Part shown: one piece after another, positions 16,186 through 23,867 of the stretch | Layout of the letters: every line of letters starts with the position of its first letter | How positions within the stretch are numbered: the stretch's first letter is position 1 | Virus record (IMG/VR): IMGVR_UViG_3300046804_000871 | Location: 1 to 26,607 of that record | Strand: one strand, 5' to 3' | Length of the DNA stretch: 26,607 nt | Origin: a virus | Taxonomy: Duplodnaviria > Caudoviricetes | The notes under the pieces: model-generated | Seen by the model: only the letters and a program-made list of their open reading frames with translations | The model's database searches: none | Told to the model about the DNA's origin: nothing | Made by a program: the position numbers and the translations under genes

Positions 16186-18438
16186 ATGGCTTTAGTTCTA
16201 CAGGACAGGGTCCAAGAAACCACTACAACGACAGGAACAAGTGATTTCGTTCTTGGCGGAGCGGTGCTTTCATACCAAACCTTTGCCGCGATTGGCAACG
16301 GAAACACAACCTATTACACAGCGTATGATCCAAGTGCTGGTGCCTGGGAAGTAGGTATTGGTACGTACTCTACGACAGGTCCAACACTTGCTCGCACAAC
16401 CATCCTAGCCTCCAGCGCCTCCGGCGCCAAGATTTCATTTGCTGCGGGAACCAAGAACGTCTTTGCCACATATCCGTCTGAGCGCGGCGTGTGGGTTGAC
16501 GGCACAACGGTTGTGTTCTCTAACAACGGCCTAGTAGCGGCCACAAGCCTGGACATTAACGGTACAGCCTCTGCGCCGTCGGTTGCCAGCACGGACACCA
16601 TTCTCCTGTATAACGCCGCCTCGGGCGCCAACAAAAAGGCAACTATTGCTGCGGCTGCTTTGCAAGGGCCGACTGGTCCCACAGGCCCTACGGGCCCCAC
16701 GGGAAGCCCGGGCCCTACCGGTCCGACTGGCCCCACAGGTCCTACTGGGTTGGGTTATTCCGGTCTGACATCTACATCCTCGGTGGCGATTGGTACCGGC
16801 TCCAAGACGTTTACGGTTAACCAAGCCCAGGGAACCAACGCGTTTGTGGTTGGCCAGTACGTCCGTGCTTTTAACACCGGGACGCCTACCAACTTCATGG
16901 CAGGGGCGATAACAGCTTACACCACAACTTCGTTAACCATCAGCGTTGACTACACCGGTGGAAGCGGTACGCTGTCTGCATGGACCATTACTGATACCGG
17001 TTCTCAAGGTGCTACAGGACCGACTGGTCCTACTGGACCTACTGGACCAACCGGCCCAACAGGTACGGCAGCTACGATTGCTGTTGGTCCGACCACGACT
17101 AGCCCGGCAGGCGGCAGTGCGTCTGTTGTAAATACTGGCACGTCAAGCGCTGCGGTGTTTGCGTTTACCATTCCTACAGGCCCCACTGGACCTACGGGCC
17201 CCACCGGGCCTACTGGACCTACCGGACCTACAGGTTCTCCCGGCCCCACTGGCCCCACTGGCCCCACGGGCCTTGGCTATGCAGGTTTGACCTCAACCTC
17301 GTCGGTGGCAATTGCTACGGGCTCAAAAACATTTACTGTTAACCAAGCGCAGGGCACGAATGCTTTTGTGGTTGGTCAGTACATCCGCGTATTTAACACC
17401 GCCACCCCTGCTAACTACATGGCGGGCACAATTACGGCGTATTCCAGCACAACGCTTACTGTTAGCGTGGATTACATTGGGGGCTCGGGCACCTTTTCTG
17501 CGTGGACAATTACAGATACCGGATCGCAAGGCGCTACGGGACCAACCGGGCCTACGGGCCCCACCGGCGCTCCTGGCCCTACTGGACCCACAGGTTTGGG
17601 TTATGCAGGGCTTACGTCAGCCACATCTTTGCTTATTGGCACCGGGGCCAAGACGTTTACGGTTAACCAAGCCCAAGGTACAAACGCCTTTGTTGTTGGT
17701 CAATATGTTCGTGCGTTCAACACCACAACGCCAGCCAACTTTATGGCCGGTGCAATCACGGCCTATACCACTACTTCGTTGACCATTAGTGTTGACTATA
17801 CAGGTGGCAGCGGAACTCTTGCTGCTTGGACCATTACGGATACAGGTTCTCAAGGTGCTACCGGACCCACCGGATCTACCGGCCCCACTGGTCCAACGGG
17901 TAGTCCTGGACCTACTGGACCTACTGGACCTACGGGCTCTCCCGGACCCACGGGGCCCACGGGGCCCACGGGACCAACCGGCCCGACCGGACCCAGCACG
18001 GTAATCAACGCAACAAACACGACGACCGCTGCAACTTACTACTTGCTATTTACCGGTTCCGCCGGAGCCAACGACACACCCCGGGTTCGTACAACCGCAA
18101 CCGCGCTGACTTATAACGCCAGTTCTGGTGATTTTGCCACGGGCGGTAACGTTACCGCTTATTCGGACGAGCGCCTGAAGGTTGACTGGGAAGAGCTGCC
18201 GGACGACTTTATCGAGCGTTTGGCGTCTACTAAAGCTGGTACGTTTAAGCGCACTGACACGGGCATGCGTCAGGTTGGTGTAGGAGCACAGTCTTTCAGC
18301 AATGTGGTGGCAGAAGCTGTATCTGCTGACGACGAAGGATTGTTGCGTGTGGCGTACGGAAATGCCGCTTTGGCTGCCTGTGTCAAGCTGGCCCAGCGCA
18401 TCTTGGAACTTGAGAAGAAACTGGAAGAACGCAATTGA
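16186..18438 (+). CDS. Collagen-like tail fibre with three tandem domains and a C-terminal intramolecular chaperone (peptidase S74-like)
   Basis: N-terminal '[12 protein letters not shown]...WEVGIGTY' anchor; five (Gly-Pro-Thr)n tracts; 3x 87-aa repeat; 'YSDERLK' autocleavage motif at about 18160 and a terminal coiled coil. Confidence 0.85.
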   Translation: MALVLQDRVQETTTTTGTSDFVLGGAVLSYQTFAAIGNGNTTYYTAYDPSAGAWEVGIGTYSTTGPTLARTTILASSASGAKISFAAGTKNVFATYPSERGVWVDGTTVVFSNNGLVAATSLDINGTASAPSVASTDTILLYNAASGANKKATIAAAALQGPTGPTGPTGPTGSPGPTGPTGPTGPTGLGYSGLTSTSSVAIGTGSKTFTVNQAQGTNAFVVGQYVRAFNTGTPTNFMAGAITAYTTTSLTISVDYTGGSGTLSAWTITDTGSQGATGPTGPTGPTGPTGPTGTAATIAVGPTTTSPAGGSASVVNTGTSSAAVFAFTIPTGPTGPTGPTGPTGPTGPTGSPGPTGPTGPTGLGYAGLTSTSSVAIATGSKTFTVNQAQGTNAFVVGQYIRVFNTATPANYMAGTITAYSSTTLTVSVDYIGGSGTFSAWTITDTGSQGATGPTGPTGPTGAPGPTGPTGLGYAGLTSATSLLIGTGAKTFTVNQAQGTNAFVVGQYVRAFNTTTPANFMAGAITAYTTTSLTISVDYTGGSGTLAAWTITDTGSQGATGPTGSTGPTGPTGSPGPTGPTGPTGSPGPTGPTGPTGPTGPTGPSTVINATNTTTAATYYLLFTGSAGANDTPRVRTTATALTYNASSGDFATGGNVTAYSDERLKVDWEELPDDFIERLASTKAGTFKRTDTGMRQVGVGAQSFSNVVAEAVSADDEGLLRVAYGNAALAACVKLAQRILELEKKLEERN
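16750..17856 (+). repeat. Three 261-nt/87-aa direct repeats (16750-17010, 17272-17532, 17596-17856) separated by collagen GPT tracts
   Basis: Each begins 'LGY[S/A]GLTS' and ends '[10 protein letters not shown]'. Confidence 0.95.
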
Positions 18439-18980
18439 GTCACCTCCCCATCTGGTATCTAGGAACCGTACCCCCGGAAATCTGCGACAAGGCAGTGGAG
18501 GACTTTTCCTCCCTGCCAGCCAAAGACGCCACAATGGGTACCGAGGGGGAGACTCAGGACCATGTTCACCGAAACACCACCGTCCGGTTTGCCGGGCCTA
18601 ATCACTGGTTTGATAACTACCTGACCCAGGTGGCTTTTGCCGGGAACCAGGCTTGCCGCTGGGAATTCCACGTCACGGACAACGAGAATATCCAGTTTGC
18701 CGAGTACGGGCCGGAGCAGCATTACCACTGGCACGTAGATGTTTTCCCCCTGTCAGGGCTGCCCATGGACCGAAAGATGACGGTGGTCTGCCTGCTGAAT
18801 GATCCTGCTGAATTTACTGGCGGAGAGTTCCAGATTCGGCTATATTCCGAGTACACTGCTCCGCTGGTCAAGGGGTCAGTGATTGCGTTTCCATCGTTTT
18901 TGGAACATCGTGTAGTGCCGGTTACGTCAGGAGTACGTAAGTCGGCAACAATGTGGCTGCGAGGCCCTCGTTTTCGATAA
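18435..18980 (+). CDS. 2OG-Fe(II) oxygenase (prolyl-hydroxylase/PKHD-like)
   Basis: 'YHWHVD' (HxD), 'FTGGEF', '[19 protein letters not shown]' (distal His and RxS); TTG start overlaps the fibre stop (TTGA). Confidence 0.9.
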   Translation: MSHLPIWYLGTVPPEICDKAVEDFSSLPAKDATMGTEGETQDHVHRNTTVRFAGPNHWFDNYLTQVAFAGNQACRWEFHVTDNENIQFAEYGPEQHYHWHVDVFPLSGLPMDRKMTVVCLLNDPAEFTGGEFQIRLYSEYTAPLVKGSVIAFPSFLEHRVVPVTSGVRKSATMWLRGPRFR

Positions 18981-18989
18981 GGACACAGC

Positions 18990-19679
18990 ATGTCTACTTA
19001 CTCTCCCGACCTGAGAATTGAACTAATCGCCAACGGTGCCCAAGCAGGCACATGGGGCACAACGACCAACGATACCTGGGCATACGTTATTGACCCAGCG
19101 ATCTCCGGTTTTCAGACTGTGGTGGCTGCCAGTGCGGATCAGGCGCTCACCTATGTCAGCGGGTCTACGGCTACGGCATCAGCCAACCAGGCAATCTACG
19201 CATCATTAGCGTTTACGACCGGTCTCGGGACGGCGTTCAACGTGTACGCTCCGCCCAACGCCAAACAGTATGTGATCTGGAACAACAGCGCCCAGAGCAT
19301 GACGATCTACAACAGCTCGGTGCTTGGCAACACCACCCCGGCGGGTACAGGTGTCACGATCCCGGCGGGCAAGAAGTATTACGTGTTTAGCAACGGCACA
19401 AACTTCTACACGCTCGACACAAATCCTACTTTTACCGGAATTGTTTACAGCAACGGCTCCACGTTTGCCGCTGCCACGGGCTCACAGATTACGTCTGCAA
19501 TTGGCTCCAACGCGGTAACCAACGCAACCAATGCAACTAACTTGGCTACCACTAACTTCACAATTACCGAGTCTGGCGGTAAACTTGTTTTTAAGTATGG
19601 CGTAACAACAATCGCATCGATGGACTCGTCGGGCAACATCACCTCGGCGGCTAACGTCACTGCTTATGGGACACCGTAA
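18990..19679 (+). CDS. Putative tail/virion structural protein
   Basis: TAAGGA RBS; 'MSTYSPDLRIELIANGAQAGTWGTTTN'; Thr/Asn-rich; ends 'GNITSAANVTAYGTP', similar to the pre-chaperone 'GGNVTAYS' of the fibre. Confidence 0.7.
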   Translation: MSTYSPDLRIELIANGAQAGTWGTTTNDTWAYVIDPAISGFQTVVAASADQALTYVSGSTATASANQAIYASLAFTTGLGTAFNVYAPPNAKQYVIWNNSAQSMTIYNSSVLGNTTPAGTGVTIPAGKKYYVFSNGTNFYTLDTNPTFTGIVYSNGSTFAAATGSQITSAIGSNAVTNATNATNLATTNFTITESGGKLVFKYGVTTIASMDSSGNITSAANVTAYGTP

Positions 19680-19681
19680 CT

Positions 19682-20761
19682 ATGGCAACATATCTACCAG
19701 GTTCTGGCACGCTCAGCATTAACGACATAAACGGTCAGTTTGGGCGTGGTAATAACCTCAATGCATATCGCGGGACGCAGTACTACACTTCAAGTGCAGG
19801 ACCATTCACGTTCCCATCTGGCGCCATTTCTATCAGCGACTTTTACGGCACAGGCGCAAGTGCAAATACGCTTGCTATTGGCTACACAATTATTGCTGGT
19901 GGCGGTGGTGGCGGTAATTATGCAGGGGGCGGTGGCGGTGCTGGTGCGTTGCAATATTTCACTGCATCAGTATCTAGTGGATCGTATCCAGTTACCGTTG
20001 GCGGCGGAGGAGCGGGAACAACTAGCGGCTTAGGCCCTACTGGCGCTGCTCTTGGAACTAACGGCTCTAATTCTTCTTTTAACGGCTCAACATCATTGGG
20101 TGGAGGTCGAGGAGGATCAAATAACGTCAACCCTGTTGCCGGTGCTTCTGGCGGCTCTGGCGGTGGCACTGCTGGAACTTCTAGCACTTCTGGTGGATCC
20201 TCTGGGCCAGGGGGCAATGTCGGCGGGGCCGGTAATTGGTATATTGAAAATAAAAGCTCTGTTTATTACAACGGCGGTGGCGGCGGAGGAGCAGGGAATC
20301 TTGGAGCTGCGGGATCAACCTTTAGAGGCCCTGGGAATTATGCCCCTGGTATTCCTGCGGGTGATGCGGGGGCTGGTGGCGATGGTTTTTCAGACACAAT
20401 TACTGGAACAACAAGAGCAGGAGGAGGCGGAGGGGCTTCTGCTTGGAATTCTCAAGGTAACGGAGCAAAACCAGGGGGTTCTGGTGGAGGCGGCGCAGGA
20501 AACGCTGGTATGAGTGGGTCAAGTCCTGCAAACGTCAACGGTGGAGACGGTACTGCTAACTATGGCGGTGGTGGCGGTGGACGAGGCGCTTTATACCCAA
20601 CAAACGGTACGGCTAGAGCCGGAAATGGGGGTTCGGGTATTGTTCTTATTCGTTACCCAATATCTGCGGGAGCAAGTAAGTGTTCGGGCGGTACACAGAC
20701 CAATGATGGGACTTACTACATCCACACTTTTACAGGTTCTGGCACTTTCACGGTGAACTGA
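19682..20761 (+). CDS. Glycine-rich tail-associated protein
   Basis: 'IIAGGGGGG', 'GGGGGAG', 'GNGGSGIVLIRY', 'IHTFTGSGTF' polyglycine-domain pattern. Confidence 0.8.
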   Translation: MATYLPGSGTLSINDINGQFGRGNNLNAYRGTQYYTSSAGPFTFPSGAISISDFYGTGASANTLAIGYTIIAGGGGGGNYAGGGGGAGALQYFTASVSSGSYPVTVGGGGAGTTSGLGPTGAALGTNGSNSSFNGSTSLGGGRGGSNNVNPVAGASGGSGGGTAGTSSTSGGSSGPGGNVGGAGNWYIENKSSVYYNGGGGGGAGNLGAAGSTFRGPGNYAPGIPAGDAGAGGDGFSDTITGTTRAGGGGGASAWNSQGNGAKPGGSGGGGAGNAGMSGSSPANVNGGDGTANYGGGGGGRGALYPTNGTARAGNGGSGIVLIRYPISAGASKCSGGTQTNDGTYYIHTFTGSGTFTVN

Positions 20762-20762
20762 T

Positions 20763-21173
20763 ATGGCGCACTTTGCAAAACTAGATGAGAACAATGTCAT
20801 TGTTGACGTATTAGTTGTTAACAATTCCGACGTTGACAATTTGCCGTTTCCAGAAAGTGAGTCTGTGGGTATTGCGTACCTTAATTCCTTTCTGCCGCCA
20901 GCGACATACGCACAAACGTCTTACAACGGAAATTTTCGTGTAAGGTTTGCCGGTGTAGGGATGGCTTTTTATCCAAACTGTACGGCAACGCCGTATGGCG
21001 GTTTCGGCAACACGCAAGAATATCCCGACTTCATCTTTGATGAGGCTGTTTGTATGTGGATACCGCCTGTGCCGTATCCTACAGATGGGGGTATTTATCT
21101 TTGGGACGACGCCTTGCACGAGTGGGTGCCGTTTGGTCCGCAGCCCCCCAAGTCTCCAACTATTATTGGTTAA
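20763..21173 (+). CDS. Hypothetical protein (tail-fibre assembly-like partner of the Gly-rich protein)
   Basis: 'MAHFAKLDENNVIVDVLVV...QTSYNGNFR...WIPPVPYP...WDD'. Confidence 0.7.
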   Translation: MAHFAKLDENNVIVDVLVVNNSDVDNLPFPESESVGIAYLNSFLPPATYAQTSYNGNFRVRFAGVGMAFYPNCTATPYGGFGNTQEYPDFIFDEAVCMWIPPVPYPTDGGIYLWDDALHEWVPFGPQPPKSPTIIG

Positions 21174-21187
21174 TACAAGGAAAACAA

Positions 21188-21547
21188 ATGTTGGCAACCA
21201 CCATCAGTTGCGTGTCAAATGTGTTTATCAAACAAATGCACTTTGTGCATGCAGGCGACAAGGAAGAGGGGCATGCTCATTTGTTTGACCATTTGACGTT
21301 GCTGGCGTCAGGCAAGTTACGTTTAACGGCGCTTGGAAAATCAACTGACTTCGTCGCCCCGCAGCATATTTTTATTAAAGCTGGTGTTGTGCATGAGCTT
21401 GAGGCGCTAGAAGATCACACGGTTGTGCACTGCATTCATGCTATCCGAGAGCGCGGCTGTGAAGATATTGTTGACCCAGCCTCTTTGCCTGCTTATATGG
21501 AGCAGCTTGATGAAACCAAGTATCCAATGACTGAAAGCATGCTGTAA
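21188..21547 (+). CDS. Cupin-fold protein
   Basis: ATG 21188 with AAGGA RBS; 'GHAHLFDHLTLLASG' and 'IKAGVVHELEALED' cupin motifs 1 and 2. Confidence 0.8.
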   Translation: MLATTISCVSNVFIKQMHFVHAGDKEEGHAHLFDHLTLLASGKLRLTALGKSTDFVAPQHIFIKAGVVHELEALEDHTVVHCIHAIRERGCEDIVDPASLPAYMEQLDETKYPMTESML

Positions 21548-21559
21548 CAGGAGTGCAAC

Positions 21560-22114
21560 ATTGATCCGGTCACTGCTTTCACGATGGTTAGCGGCGCTAT
21601 CTCAGGCGTTCGCAAACTTTGTGCTCTGGTCAAGGAAGCTCAAGCAGCTGGCAAAGAAGTAGCTGACCTGACGAGCCAAGTAACCCAGCATGTTGGCAAG
21701 GTACTTGAGCACACGCAGACGCTGAAGAAGGCGGAGCTAGAGGTTAAGAAGAACCCACCCAAGGACAAGTCCTTACAGGTTCTGGCGTTTGAGGAGGTGG
21801 CTCGCAAGATGGAGCTAAAGCAACAGTACGAACAGTTGCGCAACATGATCATCTACGAGCTGGGGTTGCCGGGGGGATTCTGGGCTGACTTTGAGCAGAC
21901 GCTGTTCCGGTTGGAACAAGAGCATGAAAGGGACATGGAACTAGCCGAGCAGATGCAAAGGGAACTGGAATGGCAACGCAGGGTCAAACTAGATCAAATG
22001 CAAGAGGTGGCCCTGGAAGTAATACTCGTTCTGGTAATGCTGGCGTATCTGGTCGCTCTAATCTGGTCGGTGATGTTGCACCAGAAGAGTCGATTGGGTG
22101 TCTGGTTGGTCTGA
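21560..22114 (+). CDS. Coiled-coil protein with C-terminal transmembrane helix (lysis-region)
   Basis: ORF track start ATG 21584; an in-frame ATT at 21560 lies 6 nt after AGGAG and gives '(M)DPVTAFTMVSGA'; TM 'VILVLVMLAYLVALIWSVML'. Confidence 0.7.
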   Translation: MDPVTAFTMVSGAISGVRKLCALVKEAQAAGKEVADLTSQVTQHVGKVLEHTQTLKKAELEVKKNPPKDKSLQVLAFEEVARKMELKQQYEQLRNMIIYELGLPGGFWADFEQTLFRLEQEHERDMELAEQMQRELEWQRRVKLDQMQEVALEVILVLVMLAYLVALIWSVMLHQKSRLGVWLV

Positions 22115-22257
22115 CCATCATGGCGTTTCTGTTCGCCATCATGCTACCGGTGATGATGTTCATGTACATCGACATGCAAAAGCTCCGGCTGGAGAACGAA
22201 CGGATAACCTACAAGATCGGCAAGTACCGACAATTGATTGAAAGGTGTGACAGGTGA
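21970..22257 (+). CDS. Small membrane protein overlapping the upstream gene
   Basis: TM 'CLVGLTIMAFLFAIMLPVMMFMYI' plus a short coiled coil; stop overlaps the next GTG (GTGA). Start uncertain. Confidence 0.55.
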   Translation: MATQGQTRSNARGGPGSNTRSGNAGVSGRSNLVGDVAPEESIGCLVGLTIMAFLFAIMLPVMMFMYIDMQKLRLENERITYKIGKYRQLIERCDR

Positions 22258-22871
22258 GCGAGCCGCAGGACAAAGCGCTGGGGGTACTGGACAGGGTGCT
22301 GGCCTACGTGGACAGCCCGTTCAAGCTCATCGCCCTCCTGATCATGTTCGTGTTCGGGTTCTGCGCCTGGTTTGTTTACAGCAACCAAGAGCTGCTGGTC
22401 GGGGCCTACAAGGAAAGCCAGAAGCTACCCAGCATCAACGAGGCCCGGGCGGACGACGCAGCAGCAATCCTGTTCAAGTACGGCGGCGCACAAACTGTGG
22501 CCATCTTCAAGGTCAACCCGTTATTTGGCACCCGGGTCTTGTACCGGGCGTATACGAAGGAAGGGCGCGACAAGCGCATGGAGGGCATCGATGTCGGTCT
22601 CTTTACCCAGAATCCCAACAATAATGCAGACGTTGTCCGCCTTATGGCAGGAGAAACGCCATGCGGTGATTACCACAAGCCACAAAGCGAAATCGGCCTG
22701 TGGTACGTCGAGGCTGGTGTCACCTACGGCTGTCGAATCTCTGTACCACCGGACAACTCACGTTTCATCGGTCAAATTACCGTCGGGTACAAAGATAAAC
22801 CTGAGAGCATAGAGGACGCCCAGTCCATGTTGCTCATTGCTTCATCCATGTTAACCAAAAAGAGTTACTAA
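22254..22871 (+). CDS. Single-TM protein with GAF-like periplasmic domain, T4 holin (T)-like
   Basis: N-terminal amphipathic helix, one TM, C-terminal 'TYGCRISVPPDNSRFIGQITVGY...ASSML' resembling the GAF-fold end of T4 T; lies in the lysis cluster. Confidence 0.5.
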   Translation: MSEPQDKALGVLDRVLAYVDSPFKLIALLIMFVFGFCAWFVYSNQELLVGAYKESQKLPSINEARADDAAAILFKYGGAQTVAIFKVNPLFGTRVLYRAYTKEGRDKRMEGIDVGLFTQNPNNNADVVRLMAGETPCGDYHKPQSEIGLWYVEAGVTYGCRISVPPDNSRFIGQITVGYKDKPESIEDAQSMLLIASSMLTKKSY

Positions 22872-23386
22872 TGCTGACACTATTCTCTACCCTGGTATCG
22901 TTCCTGATGGGCGGCCTGCCCAAGATTCTGGACTTCTTCCAAGACCGCAGTGACAAAAAGCACGAGCTGGAGCTGGCCCAGATGCAGATCGCCCGGGAGC
23001 TTGAGATGCGCAAACTTGGGTTTGAAGCCCAAGAGCGGGTCGAAAACATCCACACCCAGCAGCTTGAGATCGAGACCAAGTCTGCAGAAAAGCAGTCGCT
23101 GATAGCCGCCCAACAGGCCGAGATGCAGGCCATCTACGCCCACGACACGGCGCTCAACGAAGGTACTAGCCAGTGGATGAAGAACTTCCGCGCAAGCGTG
23201 CGCCCGGCCATTACCTATGGCTTCTTCCTGTTGCTGGTGGGTATTGACTGCGCCTTGGTGTGGCACGGGGTTACGACCGGCGTTGGCTTCCAAGACATGG
23301 CTGACCAGCTCTGGGATGACGAGACCCAAGCGCTCTTTGCCAGCATCATTGCATTCCACTTCGGCGGTCGGGCATTCGGCAAATGA
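22871..23386 (+). CDS. Putative holin (3TM, GTA-holin-like)
   Basis: 'WMKNFRASVRPAITYGFF' and terminal 'IIAFHFGGRAFGK'; directly upstream of the lysozyme with ATGA overlap. Confidence 0.7.
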   Translation: MLTLFSTLVSFLMGGLPKILDFFQDRSDKKHELELAQMQIARELEMRKLGFEAQERVENIHTQQLEIETKSAEKQSLIAAQQAEMQAIYAHDTALNEGTSQWMKNFRASVRPAITYGFFLLLVGIDCALVWHGVTTGVGFQDMADQLWDDETQALFASIIAFHFGGRAFGK

Positions 23387-23859
23387 ACGTCAGCCCCAAA
23401 GCTGTGGCTATGATCAAGCACCATGAGGGTGTAAGACAAAAGCCTTACCGTTGCCCAGCCAAGCTCTGGACGATTGGCGTTGGACATGTGTTGTACCCGG
23501 AGCAGGGAAAGTTGCCCATCGACCAGCGGGATGGGTTTGCCTTGAAGATCGAGGACTTCAGGATCTTCAGCATGGAGGAAATTGATGGAATACTTCGAGC
23601 AGATCTGGCTCGTTTTGAGCGAGGGGTTCACGCCTACATCACTGTTCCTCTTACACAAGGCATGTTTGACGCTCTTGTGTCTTTTAGTTTTAACGTCGGT
23701 CTGGGAACACTCCAGCGTTCGACGCTTCGTCAAAAGCTCAATCGAGGGGATAAAGAGGGCGCAGGACAGGAACTATTGAAGTACTGCATGGCTGGTGGCA
23801 AAATACTGAAAGGGTTACAAAACCGTCGCCTCGACGAGCACGCCCTGTTCATGTCGTAG
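23383..23859 (+). CDS. Endolysin, GH24 phage lysozyme
   Basis: 'IKHHEGVRQKPYRCPAKLWTIGVGH' catalytic region, 'FDALVSFSFNVG', 'GLQNRRLDE'. Confidence 0.92.
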   Translation: MNVSPKAVAMIKHHEGVRQKPYRCPAKLWTIGVGHVLYPEQGKLPIDQRDGFALKIEDFRIFSMEEIDGILRADLARFERGVHAYITVPLTQGMFDALVSFSFNVGLGTLQRSTLRQKLNRGDKEGAGQELLKYCMAGGKILKGLQNRRLDEHALFMS

Positions 23860-23867
23860 GAGTCCAG

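Noticed and set aside
16666-17997. Short tandem 9-nt repeats considered as a CRISPR array or DGR template/variable repeats
   Set aside because: They are collagen GPT codons and in-frame domain repeats; differences are synonymous rather than adenine-specific, there are no unique spacers, and no cas or reverse transcriptase gene is present.
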